Below are positions 32,319 through 42,096 of a DNA stretch of 64,000 nt, in pieces (the stretch's first letter is position 1; every line of letters starts with the position of its first letter). Made by a program: the position numbers and the translations under genes. The DNA comes from Chthoniobacterales bacterium (GTDB lineage: Bacteria; Verrucomicrobiota; Verrucomicrobiia; Chthoniobacterales; Chthoniobacteraceae). The stretch lies in assembly GCA_038207335.1 (NCBI GenBank), contig JBBQZX010000029.1, positions 1-64,000 on the forward strand, in the 5' to 3' direction. The notes beneath the pieces are model-generated. The model had not been told where the DNA came from and ran no database searches. It was given only the letters and a program-made list of their open reading frames with translations.

Positions 32319-34078
32319 ATCCGCTCCGGGACTTCGATTCCGAGCAGGTCGAGGCCACGCTGGAGCGTGCGCGCGGTCAGATCGCAGAGGGCGAGGCGCA
32401 AGGCGCGAACGGCGGGCTCGGCTTTCAAAACAGGGCAGGCCTCGAAGAAGCTGTGAAATGTGGAGGCGAGCTCGAAGAGGTAATTTGCGAGCAGGTTTGG
32501 ACGGAAATCTTCGAGCACTTGCGGCAGCGTTTCGCCGAATGAGAACAGCTTTTTAGCCAGCGCGAGTTCTGCCTTTTCGGTGAATGCGAAATCGGAGTTC
32601 GTAGCGGCGGCGTTTCCTTCCAGCGCGCCTTTGCGGAAAATCGAGCGGATGCGGACGTAACTGTAGAGCAGGTAAGGCGCGGTGTTGCCTTGCAGGCTCA
32701 GCATTTTGTCCCACGAAAAAACGTAGTCGCTCTGCCGATTTGGCAGCAGGTCGGCGTATTTCACCGAGCCGAGTCCGACGATCCGCGCGATCTCGCGCCG
32801 CTCGGATTCAGAGAGCTCGGGATTCTTCTCGTTGATGATTTTAAGCGCGCGCTCTTCCGCTTCGTCGAGCAGCCCCGCGAGCTTCACCGTATCGCCGCTC
32901 CGCGTTTTGAACGGCCTCCCGTCATCACCGAGAATCGATCCGAACCAGACGTGCGCGAGCCGTACGCTTGCGGCGAGCGCGGGCTGCCAGCGGGCGAAGA
33001 TTGCGAAGACCTGCCGGAAATGGTGCTGCTGCCTCCCGTCGGTGACGTAGATGATTTCGTCGGGAGACCACCTTTCCATGCGGTAATCGAGCGTCGCGAG
33101 GTCGGTCGTGGTGTAGTTCGCGGCTCCGTCGCGCTTTTGCACCAGAGCGGGATTGGGTCGCCATCCGTCCTGGTCTTTGATCAAAAATGGGTCCTGCTCG
33201 GGCGGTAGCGTGTCGTCCGAAAAGACGCACAGCGCGCCTTCGCTCTCGCGAGCGATGCCACGGTCGCACAGCTCTTGCACGACGGCTTTCAGTCGCGAAT
33301 TGTAGAAACTTTCGCCCAGCGCCACGTCGAATTTGATCCCGAGCCGTCCGTAGATTTCGTCAAACTGCGCCTGCGAAAGCCGTTGCATTTCATTCCAGAG
33401 CGCAAGGTTTTCCGCGTCGCCGGATTGCAGCTTCACGAGTTCGCCGCGCGCCCGCTCGAGCGTGTCGGGATGCTCTTTGCACATCGCGCTGATGAGCTTG
33501 TAGATGCGCTCCATTTCCGCGAGGGGGTCGCGCGCGAGCAGGTCGGTGTCGAGGACGGTTTTCCAGCCGGTGAGCAGCATTCCGAATTGCGTGCCCCAGT
33601 CGCCGATGTGGTTGTCCCGCACGACTTCGTGGCCGAGGAACGCCGCGATGCGGGCGAGCGAATCGCCAAGGATCGTGGAGCGGATGTGGCCCACGTGCAT
33701 CGGCTTGGCGACATTCGGCGAGCTGAAATCGACGACGATTTTGCGCGGCTTTTCCGGCGCGGGAACGCCGAGCTTCTCATCCGCGAGGAGTGGGGAAAAT
33801 CGCGCCGAGAGGAATGCCGGAGTGACGCGAAAATTGATGAATCCAGCGCCTGCGATTTCGGGCGCGTCGCAAATATCGGACACGTCGATCTTCTCGATGA
33901 TCTGCTGCGCGAGTTGGCGCGGATTGGCACGCTGCTGCTTGGCGAGGATCATGGCGACGTTCGTCTGGTAGTCGCCGAATCGGGCGTCGGTCGCGGGAGT
34001 GACTTGCGGCTCGATGTCGCCGAGTCCATCGGTCGCAGCGCGGACGCGGTATTGGATGAGAGATTGGATGGTTTCCAT
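32315..34078 (-). CDS. argS: Arginine--tRNA ligase
   Basis: FGDYQTN, VDFSSPNVAKPMHVGHIRST, GDWGTQFG, FKTRSG, GNTAPYL, GIEVPERM. Confidence 0.97.
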   Translation of the reverse strand: METIQSLIQYRVRAATDGLGDIEPQVTPATDARFGDYQTNVAMILAKQQRANPRQLAQQIIEKIDVSDICDAPEIAGAGFINFRVTPAFLSARFSPLLADEKLGVPAPEKPRKIVVDFSSPNVAKPMHVGHIRSTILGDSLARIAAFLGHEVVRDNHIGDWGTQFGMLLTGWKTVLDTDLLARDPLAEMERIYKLISAMCKEHPDTLERARGELVKLQSGDAENLALWNEMQRLSQAQFDEIYGRLGIKFDVALGESFYNSRLKAVVQELCDRGIARESEGALCVFSDDTLPPEQDPFLIKDQDGWRPNPALVQKRDGAANYTTTDLATLDYRMERWSPDEIIYVTDGRQQHHFRQVFAIFARWQPALAASVRLAHVWFGSILGDDGRPFKTRSGDTVKLAGLLDEAEERALKIINEKNPELSESERREIARIVGLGSVKYADLLPNRQSDYVFSWDKMLSLQGNTAPYLLYSYVRIRSIFRKGALEGNAAATNSDFAFTEKAELALAKKLFSFGETLPQVLEDFRPNLLANYLFELASTFHSFFEACPVLKAEPAVRALRLALCDLTARTLQRGLDLLGIEVPERM

Positions 34079-34108
34079 TTTTAGAGAGGTGTCGCGAGGC
34101 GAATCCGG

Positions 34109-34160
34109 GTAGCGCACGCGTCCCGAGTACTGGTTTCGGCGTCCCGCCGGAACGAACTTT
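34109..34160. repeat. GTAG-initiated double-hairpin REP-like element
   Basis: GTAGCGCACGCG-TCC-CGAGTAC followed by GTTTCGGCG-TCC-CGCCGGAAC. Confidence 0.5.
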
Positions 34161-34253
34161 ATGCCGCGTCCGTCAACTGAAGGTGCGTCGAAATCACGAC
34201 GGTGAATGAATTACGCCGAGTCGGGATAAGCGCCCTCCCCGGAGCGGAGTGAC

Positions 34254-34718
34254 TCACGCTTTTCCCGTGCTCTCGAAAATCGCGAGGATTTCTGCGGCGG
34301 TGGCGGCGGTGGCGAGGCGATCGCGCACGGCGCGGTCGTTGAGGAATTTCGCGATTGCAGCGAGCGTACGAAGGTGCGTCTGGAATTGATCTTTCGGCAC
34401 GACGAAAAGAACGATGAATCGCACGGGCGCGTTGTCGAGGGAGTCGAATTCGATGCCGGTCGCCGAGCGCCCGAAGGCTGCGACCACTTCATCCACGCGA
34501 TCCGAAGAGGCGTGGGGGATCGCGATGCCGAGGCCGATGCCGGTGCTCATCGTCTCCTCGCGTTGGCGCAGCGCCGCGAGCACGACTTCACGATCGGCGG
34601 CTTTGATTTTCTCGCGCGAAACGAGCAGATCGACCAGCTCGACGATCGCATCCGTGCGTTCCGTCGCCTGCATTTCGGGGATGATCTGATCGACCGAAAG
34701 TAGGTTGCCGAGTGTCAT
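34254..34718 (-). CDS. PTS IIA (Ntr/Fru-type) single-domain protein
   Basis: REETMSTGIGLGIAIPHA, IEFDSLDNAPV, HLRTLA. Confidence 0.9.
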   Translation of the reverse strand: MTLGNLLSVDQIIPEMQATERTDAIVELVDLLVSREKIKAADREVVLAALRQREETMSTGIGLGIAIPHASSDRVDEVVAAFGRSATGIEFDSLDNAPVRFIVLFVVPKDQFQTHLRTLAAIAKFLNDRAVRDRLATAATAAEILAIFESTGKA

Positions 34719-34853
34719 TCGTGGATCGAGTGGCCGGGGGTCAAAGTCGGGCGAATGTAGCAACCGAACGAGAACTGCAAAGGGGAAAGTGCCCGTTGAC
34801 GCCCCGCCAGTTTTGCTCTTCTCGCACGCGGAAGTTGCCGCCATTTTTCGCCG

Positions 34854-36287
34854 ATGAAAATCGTCATGGCAGGCAGTGAAATGAAGCCCTTTGCGCGCAC
34901 CGGCGGACTCGGCGACGTGCTTGATGCGCTGCCGGCGGAACTCGTGCGGCGCGGGCATGAGGTGAGCGTCGTGCTCCCGTGCTACCGCGGCTTGCGCGAC
35001 GATCCGCGCCTCGGCGTGAAATCGACGGGGGTCCAGATCACGGTGCAGGTCGGCGCGAAGCGGCTCGATGCGGAGATCCTCGCAGGCGAAGCGCCGAACG
35101 GCGTGCAGGCTTTCCTCGTACGTCGGGATGAATATTTCGACCGCTCGGGGCTCTACGGTTCGGATGGGCGGGACTACGAGGACAACGCGGAACGATTCAT
35201 TTACTTTTCAAAAGCCGTGATGGAGCTGGCGAGGCGGGTGACTCCGCCGCCGGAAATTTTGCATCTGCACGACTGGCAGACCGCGCTGGTTCCGGTGCTG
35301 GTGAAAGAGCGCGCACTTCCACTGAAGACGGTTTTGACGATCCATAATCTCGCGTATCAGGGCGCGTTTTGGGGGCTCGATTTCGGGCTCACGAATCTGC
35401 CGGGCGACTACTTCACGGAGCGCGGAGTCGAGTTTTACGGGAATGTGAACCTGCTCAAGGGAGGGATGCTTTTCGCCGATCAGGTCACGACGGTGAGCGA
35501 GCGGTATGCGCGCGAAATCCAGACGCCGGAATATGGCGCGGGGCTTGATGACGTGGTGCGGCAGTGCCGCGGAAAGCTGACGGGAATCATGAATGGCGAG
35601 GACGGCGATGCGTGGAATCCGGCGACCGACAAGGCGATCGCGAAGACCTACACGTCGAAAAATCTCGCCGGGAAAGCGGCTTGCCGCGCCGCGCTGCTGA
35701 AGGAACTCGGGCTCGATGCCGCGCCCGCGGGGCCGGTCTTTGCGATGGTGTCGCGGCTCGCGGAGCAGAAGGGCTTCGACTTGCTGCTGCCGATCCTGGA
35801 CCGGCTGCTCGCAGACGATGTGAGGCTCGTGATTTTGGGCGAGGGCGACACGCGCTACGAGCGCGAGCTGATGATCGCGGCGAAGCGGCACGCGGGGCGG
35901 TTCGTGTTTCTCAAGTGGCTCGACGAAGCCCTCGCGCATCGCATCGAAGCCGGCGCAGATGCGACGCTGATTCCATCGCATTTCGAGCCGTGCGGGCTGG
36001 GCGCGATGTATTCGCTGAAATACGGGACGCTCGCGGTGGCGCGCGCCACGGGCGGGCTTTTCGAGATCGTGCAGGATTACGATCCGAGCGAGGACAGCGG
36101 CAACGGGTTCCTCTTTTTCGATTACACGGCGGAGGCTTTTTACGACGCGATCACGCGGGCGAAGCGGCTCTTCAGGGATCGCGCGGAATGGGAGAAGCTG
36201 ATGCGCCGGGCGATGGCGGCGGATTTTTCGTGGAGCAAAGCCGCGGCGCGTTACGAAGCGATCTACGAACGCGCGCTCGCGTCGTAG
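34854..36287 (+). CDS. glgA: Glycogen synthase
   Basis: RTGGLGDV, HLHDWQT, TIHNLAYQG, SRLAEQKG, FEPCGL. Confidence 0.95.
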   Translation: MKIVMAGSEMKPFARTGGLGDVLDALPAELVRRGHEVSVVLPCYRGLRDDPRLGVKSTGVQITVQVGAKRLDAEILAGEAPNGVQAFLVRRDEYFDRSGLYGSDGRDYEDNAERFIYFSKAVMELARRVTPPPEILHLHDWQTALVPVLVKERALPLKTVLTIHNLAYQGAFWGLDFGLTNLPGDYFTERGVEFYGNVNLLKGGMLFADQVTTVSERYAREIQTPEYGAGLDDVVRQCRGKLTGIMNGEDGDAWNPATDKAIAKTYTSKNLAGKAACRAALLKELGLDAAPAGPVFAMVSRLAEQKGFDLLLPILDRLLADDVRLVILGEGDTRYERELMIAAKRHAGRFVFLKWLDEALAHRIEAGADATLIPSHFEPCGLGAMYSLKYGTLAVARATGGLFEIVQDYDPSEDSGNGFLFFDYTAEAFYDAITRAKRLFRDRAEWEKLMRRAMAADFSWSKAAARYEAIYERALAS

Positions 36288-36898
36288 GCGGCATTTGTGG
36301 CGCGAATTCTCGCACTGACAAAAAGGCTGTCGCGCTGGAGGAAACGCCACGGGCGGTCGGCGGCTTTGCTGATGCCAATTCGAGTGTCAGTGGCGACCTC
36401 GACGTCTCGGAGGCGTGGGCGAAATCCGACCGCGCCGCCGGAGCAAAGATCGCGCTCGTGATCCGTGCCGCGGATGCCGAGCGCCTGTGAAAGTTTCCCC
36501 GGCCCGGAGCAGAGCGCGCCGGGTTTTTCAGTGCCGCGACGCTGCTGCATGAGCTCGATGCCGCGTGTCGGCTCGAGCGCGCGGATGAGGATGATGCCGT
36601 CTTCGGGGCCGCCTTTCACGAGGACGTTGATGAGCCAGTGGACGCCGTAGTTCAGATACACATACGCGGTGCCGGCCGGATGCTTTTCGACGAATGTGCG
36701 CGCGGAGGGGCGGTTGAATGTGTGGCACGCTTCGTCGCCGAAGACGGCGTAGGATTCGGTCTCGACGATGATTCCGGCGCAGGCGTTCCAGACGAGTTCG
36801 CAGCCGATGAGCGCGCGGGCGCAGTCGAGTGGATGCGTCTGGAAAAAGTCGCGCCCGAGAAATCCTACAGGCCGGTCGGGTGATCGATGAAAGCCCAC
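36263..36898 (-). CDS. 3-methyladenine DNA glycosylase (MPG/AAG family); start uncertain
   Basis: GIIVETESY, YVYLNYGVH, LIRALEP, LCSGPGKL, RIGISKA...PWRF. Confidence 0.9.
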   Translation of the reverse strand: MGFHRSPDRPVGFLGRDFFQTHPLDCARALIGCELVWNACAGIIVETESYAVFGDEACHTFNRPSARTFVEKHPAGTAYVYLNYGVHWLINVLVKGGPEDGIILIRALEPTRGIELMQQRRGTEKPGALCSGPGKLSQALGIRGTDHERDLCSGGAVGFRPRLRDVEVATDTRIGISKAADRPWRFLQRDSLFVSARIRATNAAYDASARS

Positions 36899-37620
36899 GG
36901 CACACGAAACCGCTTGGAAAGATGCGCCGCCAGCGCTTTCACGCCGAATGTCTCGGTCGCGTAATGGCCAGCGTAGAAAAGATTCACGCCGACTTCCTCC
37001 GCGGCGGTGAACGAGTGGTGTGGGCCTTCGCCGGTGATGAATGTATCGACGCCCTCCGCAGCCGCGCGAGCGACCTCGGCTCCCGCGCCACCGGTGACGA
37101 TGCCGATGCAGCGGGTTTTCAACGGCCCGCCTGGCGCGAGATGCGGTGAGCTTTCGAGCACGGATTCGAGCCGCGCAGCGAGGTCGGCGAGCGGCAGTGA
37201 AACGTGAAATTTCAGCCCGATCGGCGCGCCTTTTTCCATGAAGAATGGCTCGCCACCCTTGAGCCCAAGTGCCTTCGCGAGCAGCACATTATTCCCGACG
37301 ACCGGATGCAAATCGAGAGGGAGGTGCGCGCTGTAGATCGCCATGTCGTGGTCGAGTGCGGTTTTGATTTTGCGAAAAGGCGCGCCGACGAGCGGCTGCA
37401 CGCCGCTCCAAAAGAGACCGTGATGAACGAGCAAGAGCGTGATCCCCTGCTCCACCGCGCGCGCGATCACCGTCTCGCACGCATCGACGGCCGCACCGAT
37501 GCGCGCGACCGTGCCGGTGTTTTCGACTTGCAGGCCATTCCACGCGCCGGACCAATCGGCGACTTCGTTCGTCCGCAAATAGCGGTCACAGTATTCGACG
37601 ATTGCGCGCAGTTCGGCCAT
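36865..37620 (-). CDS. Nif3/YbgI-like dinuclear metal centre protein
   Basis: NGLQVE, LVHHGLFW, HLPLDLHP..GNN, FITGE, AGHYATETFGV. Confidence 0.92.
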   Translation of the reverse strand: MAELRAIVEYCDRYLRTNEVADWSGAWNGLQVENTGTVARIGAAVDACETVIARAVEQGITLLLVHHGLFWSGVQPLVGAPFRKIKTALDHDMAIYSAHLPLDLHPVVGNNVLLAKALGLKGGEPFFMEKGAPIGLKFHVSLPLADLAARLESVLESSPHLAPGGPLKTRCIGIVTGGAGAEVARAAAEGVDTFITGEGPHHSFTAAEEVGVNLFYAGHYATETFGVKALAAHLSKRFRVPWAFIDHPTGL

Positions 37621-37628
37621 CGGACGCG

Positions 37629-38171
37629 CTAGAATTTCGGGACGTTCGCGCCCGGCGCTTTGCTCATCTTTTTCTCGTAGGTCGCGACGGCGGGATTTTC
37701 GAGGACGAGAAAGATGTTGCCCGTTTTGAGCGCGGCGGTGGCGTGGTCGCTGCGCTCCCACGCTTTCCCCGCGATCGCTCCGGCGATTGCTGCGCCGATG
37801 TCTTTTCCGATGTCGCCGGTGCGCGCGGGTTTTTGGTCGCGCCATTTCAGCTTGTTGCTTTCGGCATCGAGGATCGTCTTCGCCTGCGCATCGGTGATTT
37901 GCTTGATCGTGCCGCCTTCGGGAATTTGCGCGTACTCGATCCGGACGGCAGCGCCATTCAGGAAGGCGCATCGAATTCGCCAACCTTGAAAGTTGTAGGC
38001 GAGGTCTTTGACGCCCGCGACGAGCGGCTTTTCATCGTCGCGGATGAGCTCCGGAGCGGGCGCGCCATATCGCGCCTGGCTCTGCGCTTCCGTCTCGCCG
38101 AGGCGGGCGTGGGAGGATGCGGGGATGAGAAGAAGCGCGGCGGCCGCGATGATCGGGAGGTGTCTTTTCAT
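37629..38171 (-). CDS. Secreted hypothetical protein
   Basis: Signal peptide MKRHLPII...SHA, then RLGETEAQSQARYG. Confidence 0.7.
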   Translation of the reverse strand: MKRHLPIIAAAALLLIPASSHARLGETEAQSQARYGAPAPELIRDDEKPLVAGVKDLAYNFQGWRIRCAFLNGAAVRIEYAQIPEGGTIKQITDAQAKTILDAESNKLKWRDQKPARTGDIGKDIGAAIAGAIAGKAWERSDHATAALKTGNIFLVLENPAVATYEKKMSKAPGANVPKF

Positions 38172-38212
38172 GAGGGTTTGCAGGTAAAGACGGGCGTGGC
38201 GCTCGAAAGGTT

Positions 38213-38560
38213 TCAGTGAACGAGGCCGTTGGCAAAAAGGACCGCGCCGCACAGCGCGGAAAGGACGCCAAGCGTCATTGCCGTTTTGGCGTATCCGGCA
38301 CCCCGGATTGGACTCCACGATGCGGTGATGCGCTTCATCGCCGTCGAGCCGAGCAACACGCCGACGATCGGCAAGCCGACGAGTACCACGCCGACCAAAG
38401 TGGCGGTCGCGAAGTAAGGCAGCGCCGAAGTGTATCGATGGATCGTGGTGCCCGGATGGTCTGCCAATTGCAGGAGTGGCAGCGACGTCAGCGGAGTCGT
38501 AAGAACGCTCCAAAGCAGCGCTGCGACAGCGGTTTTGGAGCGTGGGCGGAAGCGGTTCAA
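38213..38560 (-). CDS. Small hypothetical membrane protein (about 3 TM helices)
   Basis: 115-aa ORF with three hydrophobic segments, co-oriented between fabH and the next gene. Confidence 0.5.
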   Translation of the reverse strand: MNRFRPRSKTAVAALLWSVLTTPLTSLPLLQLADHPGTTIHRYTSALPYFATATLVGVVLVGLPIVGVLLGSTAMKRITASWSPIRGAGYAKTAMTLGVLSALCGAVLFANGLVH

Positions 38561-38629
38561 AGGTGAAAGTCAGGTTTGCGTGCGAGCAGTCGCCGCGGTC
38601 GCGTTTTCAAAAATAAAAGCGCGGGCGGG

Positions 38630-39649
38630 TCACCACTGGATGACCGAGCTCGCCCAAGTGAGGCCGCCACCAAAGACGACGAGCAACACGTATTCACCGA
38701 CTTGCATCCGGCCCGTGCGGTTCGCCTCGTCGAGCGCGATGGCGACTGCGGCGGCGCTCGTGTTTCCGAAGCGGTCGAGATTCACCATGAAGCGGTCGAG
38801 CGGCACGGACATGCGGTCGGCGATGGCTTCGATGATCCGCAGATTTGCCTGGTGCGGGATGATACACGCGATGTCCTCGTATTTCAGACCGGACTGTTCG
38901 AGCACGGTATTCGCAGCGGTGAGCATCGCGTTCACGGCCTGCTTATACGTCTCCTTGCCGTTCATTTTGATCGTGTTCATCCGGTCGCCTGCATTCTCCG
39001 CAGTGACCGGAAAACGGCATCCTCCGCCGGGGATGTAAAGGATGTCCGCGAGGTCGCCATTGCTTCCCATATTTGTGGCGATGACGCCGTGACCGCCCCG
39101 CCGATGCTGTAAAATAGCGGCGCCGGCGCCATCGCCGAAAAGCACGCAGGTGTTGCGATCTGTCCAATCGACGATGGAGGAGAGCTTATCCGCGCCGATG
39201 ACGAGGATGGTGTTGTAGGTCTGCAAGGTGATGAATTGCTGCGCGATTTCGAGCGCGTAGAGAAAGCCGGAACAGGCCGCGCTCACGTCGAAACACGCGG
39301 CTTTTTTTGCACCGATTTTCGCCTGCACGAAACACGCGGTGCTCGGAAAAAACATATCGGGTGTGACGGTCGCAACGAGGATCAGGTCGATGTCGTCTGC
39401 AGTGATTCCCGCGTTCTCCATCGCGGCGAGCGCCGCCTTTGCTGCGAGGTCGCTCGTATGCTCGCCCTCGGCGGCGATGCGACGCTCTCGAATACCGGTG
39501 CGCGAAGTGATCCAGTCGTCGCTGGTCTCGACCAGTTTCTCGAGCTCGGCATTTGTGAGGATGCGCTCGGGTAGGTAGCTGCCGGTCCCGATGATCGAGA
39601 CGGTGCGTTTAGGAATGTGATGCCGCGTGCGCGGGTGAGGTCTTTTCAT
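38630..39649 (-). CDS. fabH: 3-oxoacyl-ACP synthase III
   Basis: WITSRTGIRERR, DVSAACSGF, LFGDGAGA, PHQANLRI, FGNTSAA, FGGGLTW. Confidence 0.96.
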   Translation of the reverse strand: MKRPHPRTRHHIPKRTVSIIGTGSYLPERILTNAELEKLVETSDDWITSRTGIRERRIAAEGEHTSDLAAKAALAAMENAGITADDIDLILVATVTPDMFFPSTACFVQAKIGAKKAACFDVSAACSGFLYALEIAQQFITLQTYNTILVIGADKLSSIVDWTDRNTCVLFGDGAGAAILQHRRGGHGVIATNMGSNGDLADILYIPGGGCRFPVTAENAGDRMNTIKMNGKETYKQAVNAMLTAANTVLEQSGLKYEDIACIIPHQANLRIIEAIADRMSVPLDRFMVNLDRFGNTSAAAVAIALDEANRTGRMQVGEYVLLVVFGGGLTWASSVIQW

Positions 39650-40646
39650 GAAAGCGCTGCACTTCTTCGATGATGTGGGGATTGAGGTCGTGGCGGACGG
39701 TCTGGCACGCCATGCGGATCGCATTTTTGATCGCGAACGCCGAGGAGCCTCCGTGCGCGATGATCGTCACTCCGTGCAGCCCGAGCAATGGCATCCCGCC
39801 GTATTCGTCGGCATTCGTGACTCGATGCACTGCGCGGAAAGCGGGCTTGCAAAGCATCGCGCCGGCTTTGCGAATCGGGTTTGCGAGCAGCTCGCGTTTG
39901 AGCAGGCGGAAGATGCTTTTGGCCAGCGCCTCACTCGTTTTTAAAAGCACGTTTCCGGTGAAGCCGTCAGTCACGACGACATCGACCGCGCCGCCGAAGA
40001 TGTCGTGGCCCTCGACATTTCCGTGAAAATTCAGGCCGCTCTGGCGCAGAAGCATGTGCGCTTCGAGCGTCAGCTCGTTGCCCTTGAATTGCTCGCTGCC
40101 GTTCGAGATCAACCCCGCGCGCGGGTTCTTCCGCCCCAGCACATGCTCGCAGTATGCAAGCGCCATGATCGCGTTGTCCTCGATCTGGCCCGGCGTCGGG
40201 TCGGGATTCGCGCCCGCGTCGCAGAGGACGAAATACGATCCCGTCTCGGTCGGCATGTGCGCCGCGATGGCGGGCCGCTCGATGCCGGGGAGCGTGCGCA
40301 ATTTGATCGTGCTCGCGGTCACCGCCGCGCCCGTGTGTCCCGCGCTCACGATCGCATCCGCGTCGCCGCTTTTCACCAAATCGACCGCCCGGCTGACGGA
40401 CGAATCCTTCTTCTTTCGCACCGCATCGAGCCCGCTCTCGTGCATCTCGATGACCTGCGTCGAGTGGACGATCTCCACGCGCCGGTCGTTGCAGCCGATG
40501 CGCTTCAGCTCGCCCTCCAGTCGCGGCGTGTCGCCGGTCAGGATCAGCTTCGATATTTCCGCGTAATCGCGCAGCGCAAGTGCCGCGCCTTCGACGAGTT
40601 TTGCCGGGCCCTCGTCGTGGCCCATCGCATCGAGCGCGATTTTCAT
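39609..40646 (-). CDS. plsX: Phosphate acyltransferase
   Basis: IALDAMG, VSAGHTGA, IERPAI, DAGAN, VTDGFTGNVLLK, AHGGS. Confidence 0.95.
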   Translation of the reverse strand: MKIALDAMGHDEGPAKLVEGAALALRDYAEISKLILTGDTPRLEGELKRIGCNDRRVEIVHSTQVIEMHESGLDAVRKKKDSSVSRAVDLVKSGDADAIVSAGHTGAAVTASTIKLRTLPGIERPAIAAHMPTETGSYFVLCDAGANPDPTPGQIEDNAIMALAYCEHVLGRKNPRAGLISNGSEQFKGNELTLEAHMLLRQSGLNFHGNVEGHDIFGGAVDVVVTDGFTGNVLLKTSEALAKSIFRLLKRELLANPIRKAGAMLCKPAFRAVHRVTNADEYGGMPLLGLHGVTIIAHGGSSAFAIKNAIRMACQTVRHDLNPHIIEEVQRFHEKTSPAHAASHS

Positions 40647-40685
40647 CGGCGCATTCCGGTGGCGTGCAAAGCGGACTTCAAGCGC

Positions 40686-40726
40686 AAAAAAAATTCAGCC
40701 GCCACGCGCGGGGCGGGGCGGCTGAA
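40686..40726 (-). terminator. Intrinsic terminator after rpmF
   Basis: TTCAGCCGCC...GGCGGCTGAA stem with an A run on the + strand (U tail on minus). Confidence 0.65.
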
Positions 40727-40748
40727 AATAAACCGTCGGTCGGAAATT

Positions 40749-40931
40749 TTAAGCGCCGGCGATCGTAATCACCTGCCGGCCCTTGTAGTAGCCGCACGAA
40801 CGGCACGCGGTGTGCGAGATCGTGCTGCTGCCGCATTGGCCGCATTTTGCGAGGACGGCGGCGTGCCAGCGGTTCGCGGCCTTGCGCGTGCGCAGGCGCA
40901 TCTTTGAAGTTTTGCGTTTTGGAACTCCCAT
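40749..40931 (-). CDS. rpmF: 50S ribosomal protein L32
   Basis: MGVPKRKTSK, CGQCG, CRSCGYYKGR. Confidence 0.96.
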   Translation of the reverse strand: MGVPKRKTSKMRLRTRKAANRWHAAVLAKCGQCGSSTISHTACRSCGYYKGRQVITIAGA

Positions 40932-40932
40932 A

Positions 40933-41397
40933 TCAGTTGCTTTTTTTCAGGTTTAATTGGTCGAGGGCTCCCCAGACTTCGCGCGCGTCGGAGCTGGTTT
41001 CGCTCTCGTCGCTTTGCAGGATCGGTGGGCCTTTGCAGTCCTTTTGCCCGTTCCAATCGCAGTGCGGATGGGCCGGAAGGGCGAGTAAGATGTCTTCCCT
41101 CGCCATCGGTGTCAAGTCCACCAATTCAGCGCCTGTCAGCTCCATCTGGCAGGCGAAATCATCGATCTGCAGCGGGTATTCAAACGCCTCCAGACAGGCG
41201 ACGCATTTCATGTCGAGATCGACCGCCAGCATCCCGGTGGCGAAAAGTCCGCCGCCGCTGAGACCGACATCCAGCGAGTAGCTGACCGGGCCTGCGGGCT
41301 CGACGAATTCCTGCGCCTTTAGGCCGAGAAAATCGGCGCTTTCCTCACCCTCGAAGTGCTTTCCCTCGTGAGGGATTTGATTGATGTGAACCTTCAT
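40933..41397 (-). CDS. yceD: DUF177/YceD family protein
   Basis: CVACL, VDLTPMAREDILLALP..P.C...CKG, WGALDQL; upstream of rpmF. Confidence 0.88.
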   Translation of the reverse strand: MKVHINQIPHEGKHFEGEESADFLGLKAQEFVEPAGPVSYSLDVGLSGGGLFATGMLAVDLDMKCVACLEAFEYPLQIDDFACQMELTGAELVDLTPMAREDILLALPAHPHCDWNGQKDCKGPPILQSDESETSSDAREVWGALDQLNLKKSN

Positions 41398-41498
41398 GTC
41401 TGTCTCCGGTTTGCGGTTTTTGAAAAGTGGACCTCCGCTCGGAAATCCACGAGCCCTCAGCATACTCGGCGGCCGGAATTTTTCAGCCGAAAAACTTT

Positions 41499-41975
41499 TT
41501 ACGAGGCGAGTCTCCGCAGCGCAGTGACCGCGGCGGCGGGGACGAATGCCGCGACATCGCCGCCGAGGCGCGCGATCTCTTTCACGATGCGCGAGCTGAG
41601 GTAGCTGTATTCCTCTTTCGGCGTGAGGAAGATGGTTTCGATCGTCGGGTCGAGCTTCCGGTTCATCAGAGCCATTTGAAATTCGAACTCAAAATCCGAC
41701 ACCGCGCGCAATCCGCGAATGACCGCGCTGGCCTGCTGCTCGCGCGCAAATTCCACGAGCAATCCGGTGAAACTCACGACTCGGACATTCGGTGTCTGAC
41801 CCACGGCGGCGTCGAGCAGCGCGACGCGCTCTTCCGGCGTGAAGAGGCTTTTCTTTTGGTCGTTGAAAGCGACGGCGACGATGACCTCGTCGAAAAGTTT
41901 CACCGCACGGTTGATCACGTCGAGGTGGCCATTCGTGACGGGGTCGAAGCTGCCGGGATAGATCGCGCGTCTCAC
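41499..41975 (-). CDS. coaD: Pantetheine-phosphate adenylyltransferase
   Basis: YPGSFDPVTNGHLD, RGLRAVSDFEFE, SSRIVKE. Confidence 0.97.
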   Translation of the reverse strand: MRRAIYPGSFDPVTNGHLDVINRAVKLFDEVIVAVAFNDQKKSLFTPEERVALLDAAVGQTPNVRVVSFTGLLVEFAREQQASAVIRGLRAVSDFEFEFQMALMNRKLDPTIETIFLTPKEEYSYLSSRIVKEIARLGGDVAAFVPAAAVTALRRLAS

Positions 41976-42096
41976 GCCAAACAGAGTGGCCGAGCAGGAG
42001 CGTGCGAGGGAAGCGAGATGTGCGAAGGGGGAACGATGGAACTCCGCGCTCCTTGCCTCACCACTCCGCGTGGATTAAACATCACGCCCATTTTTT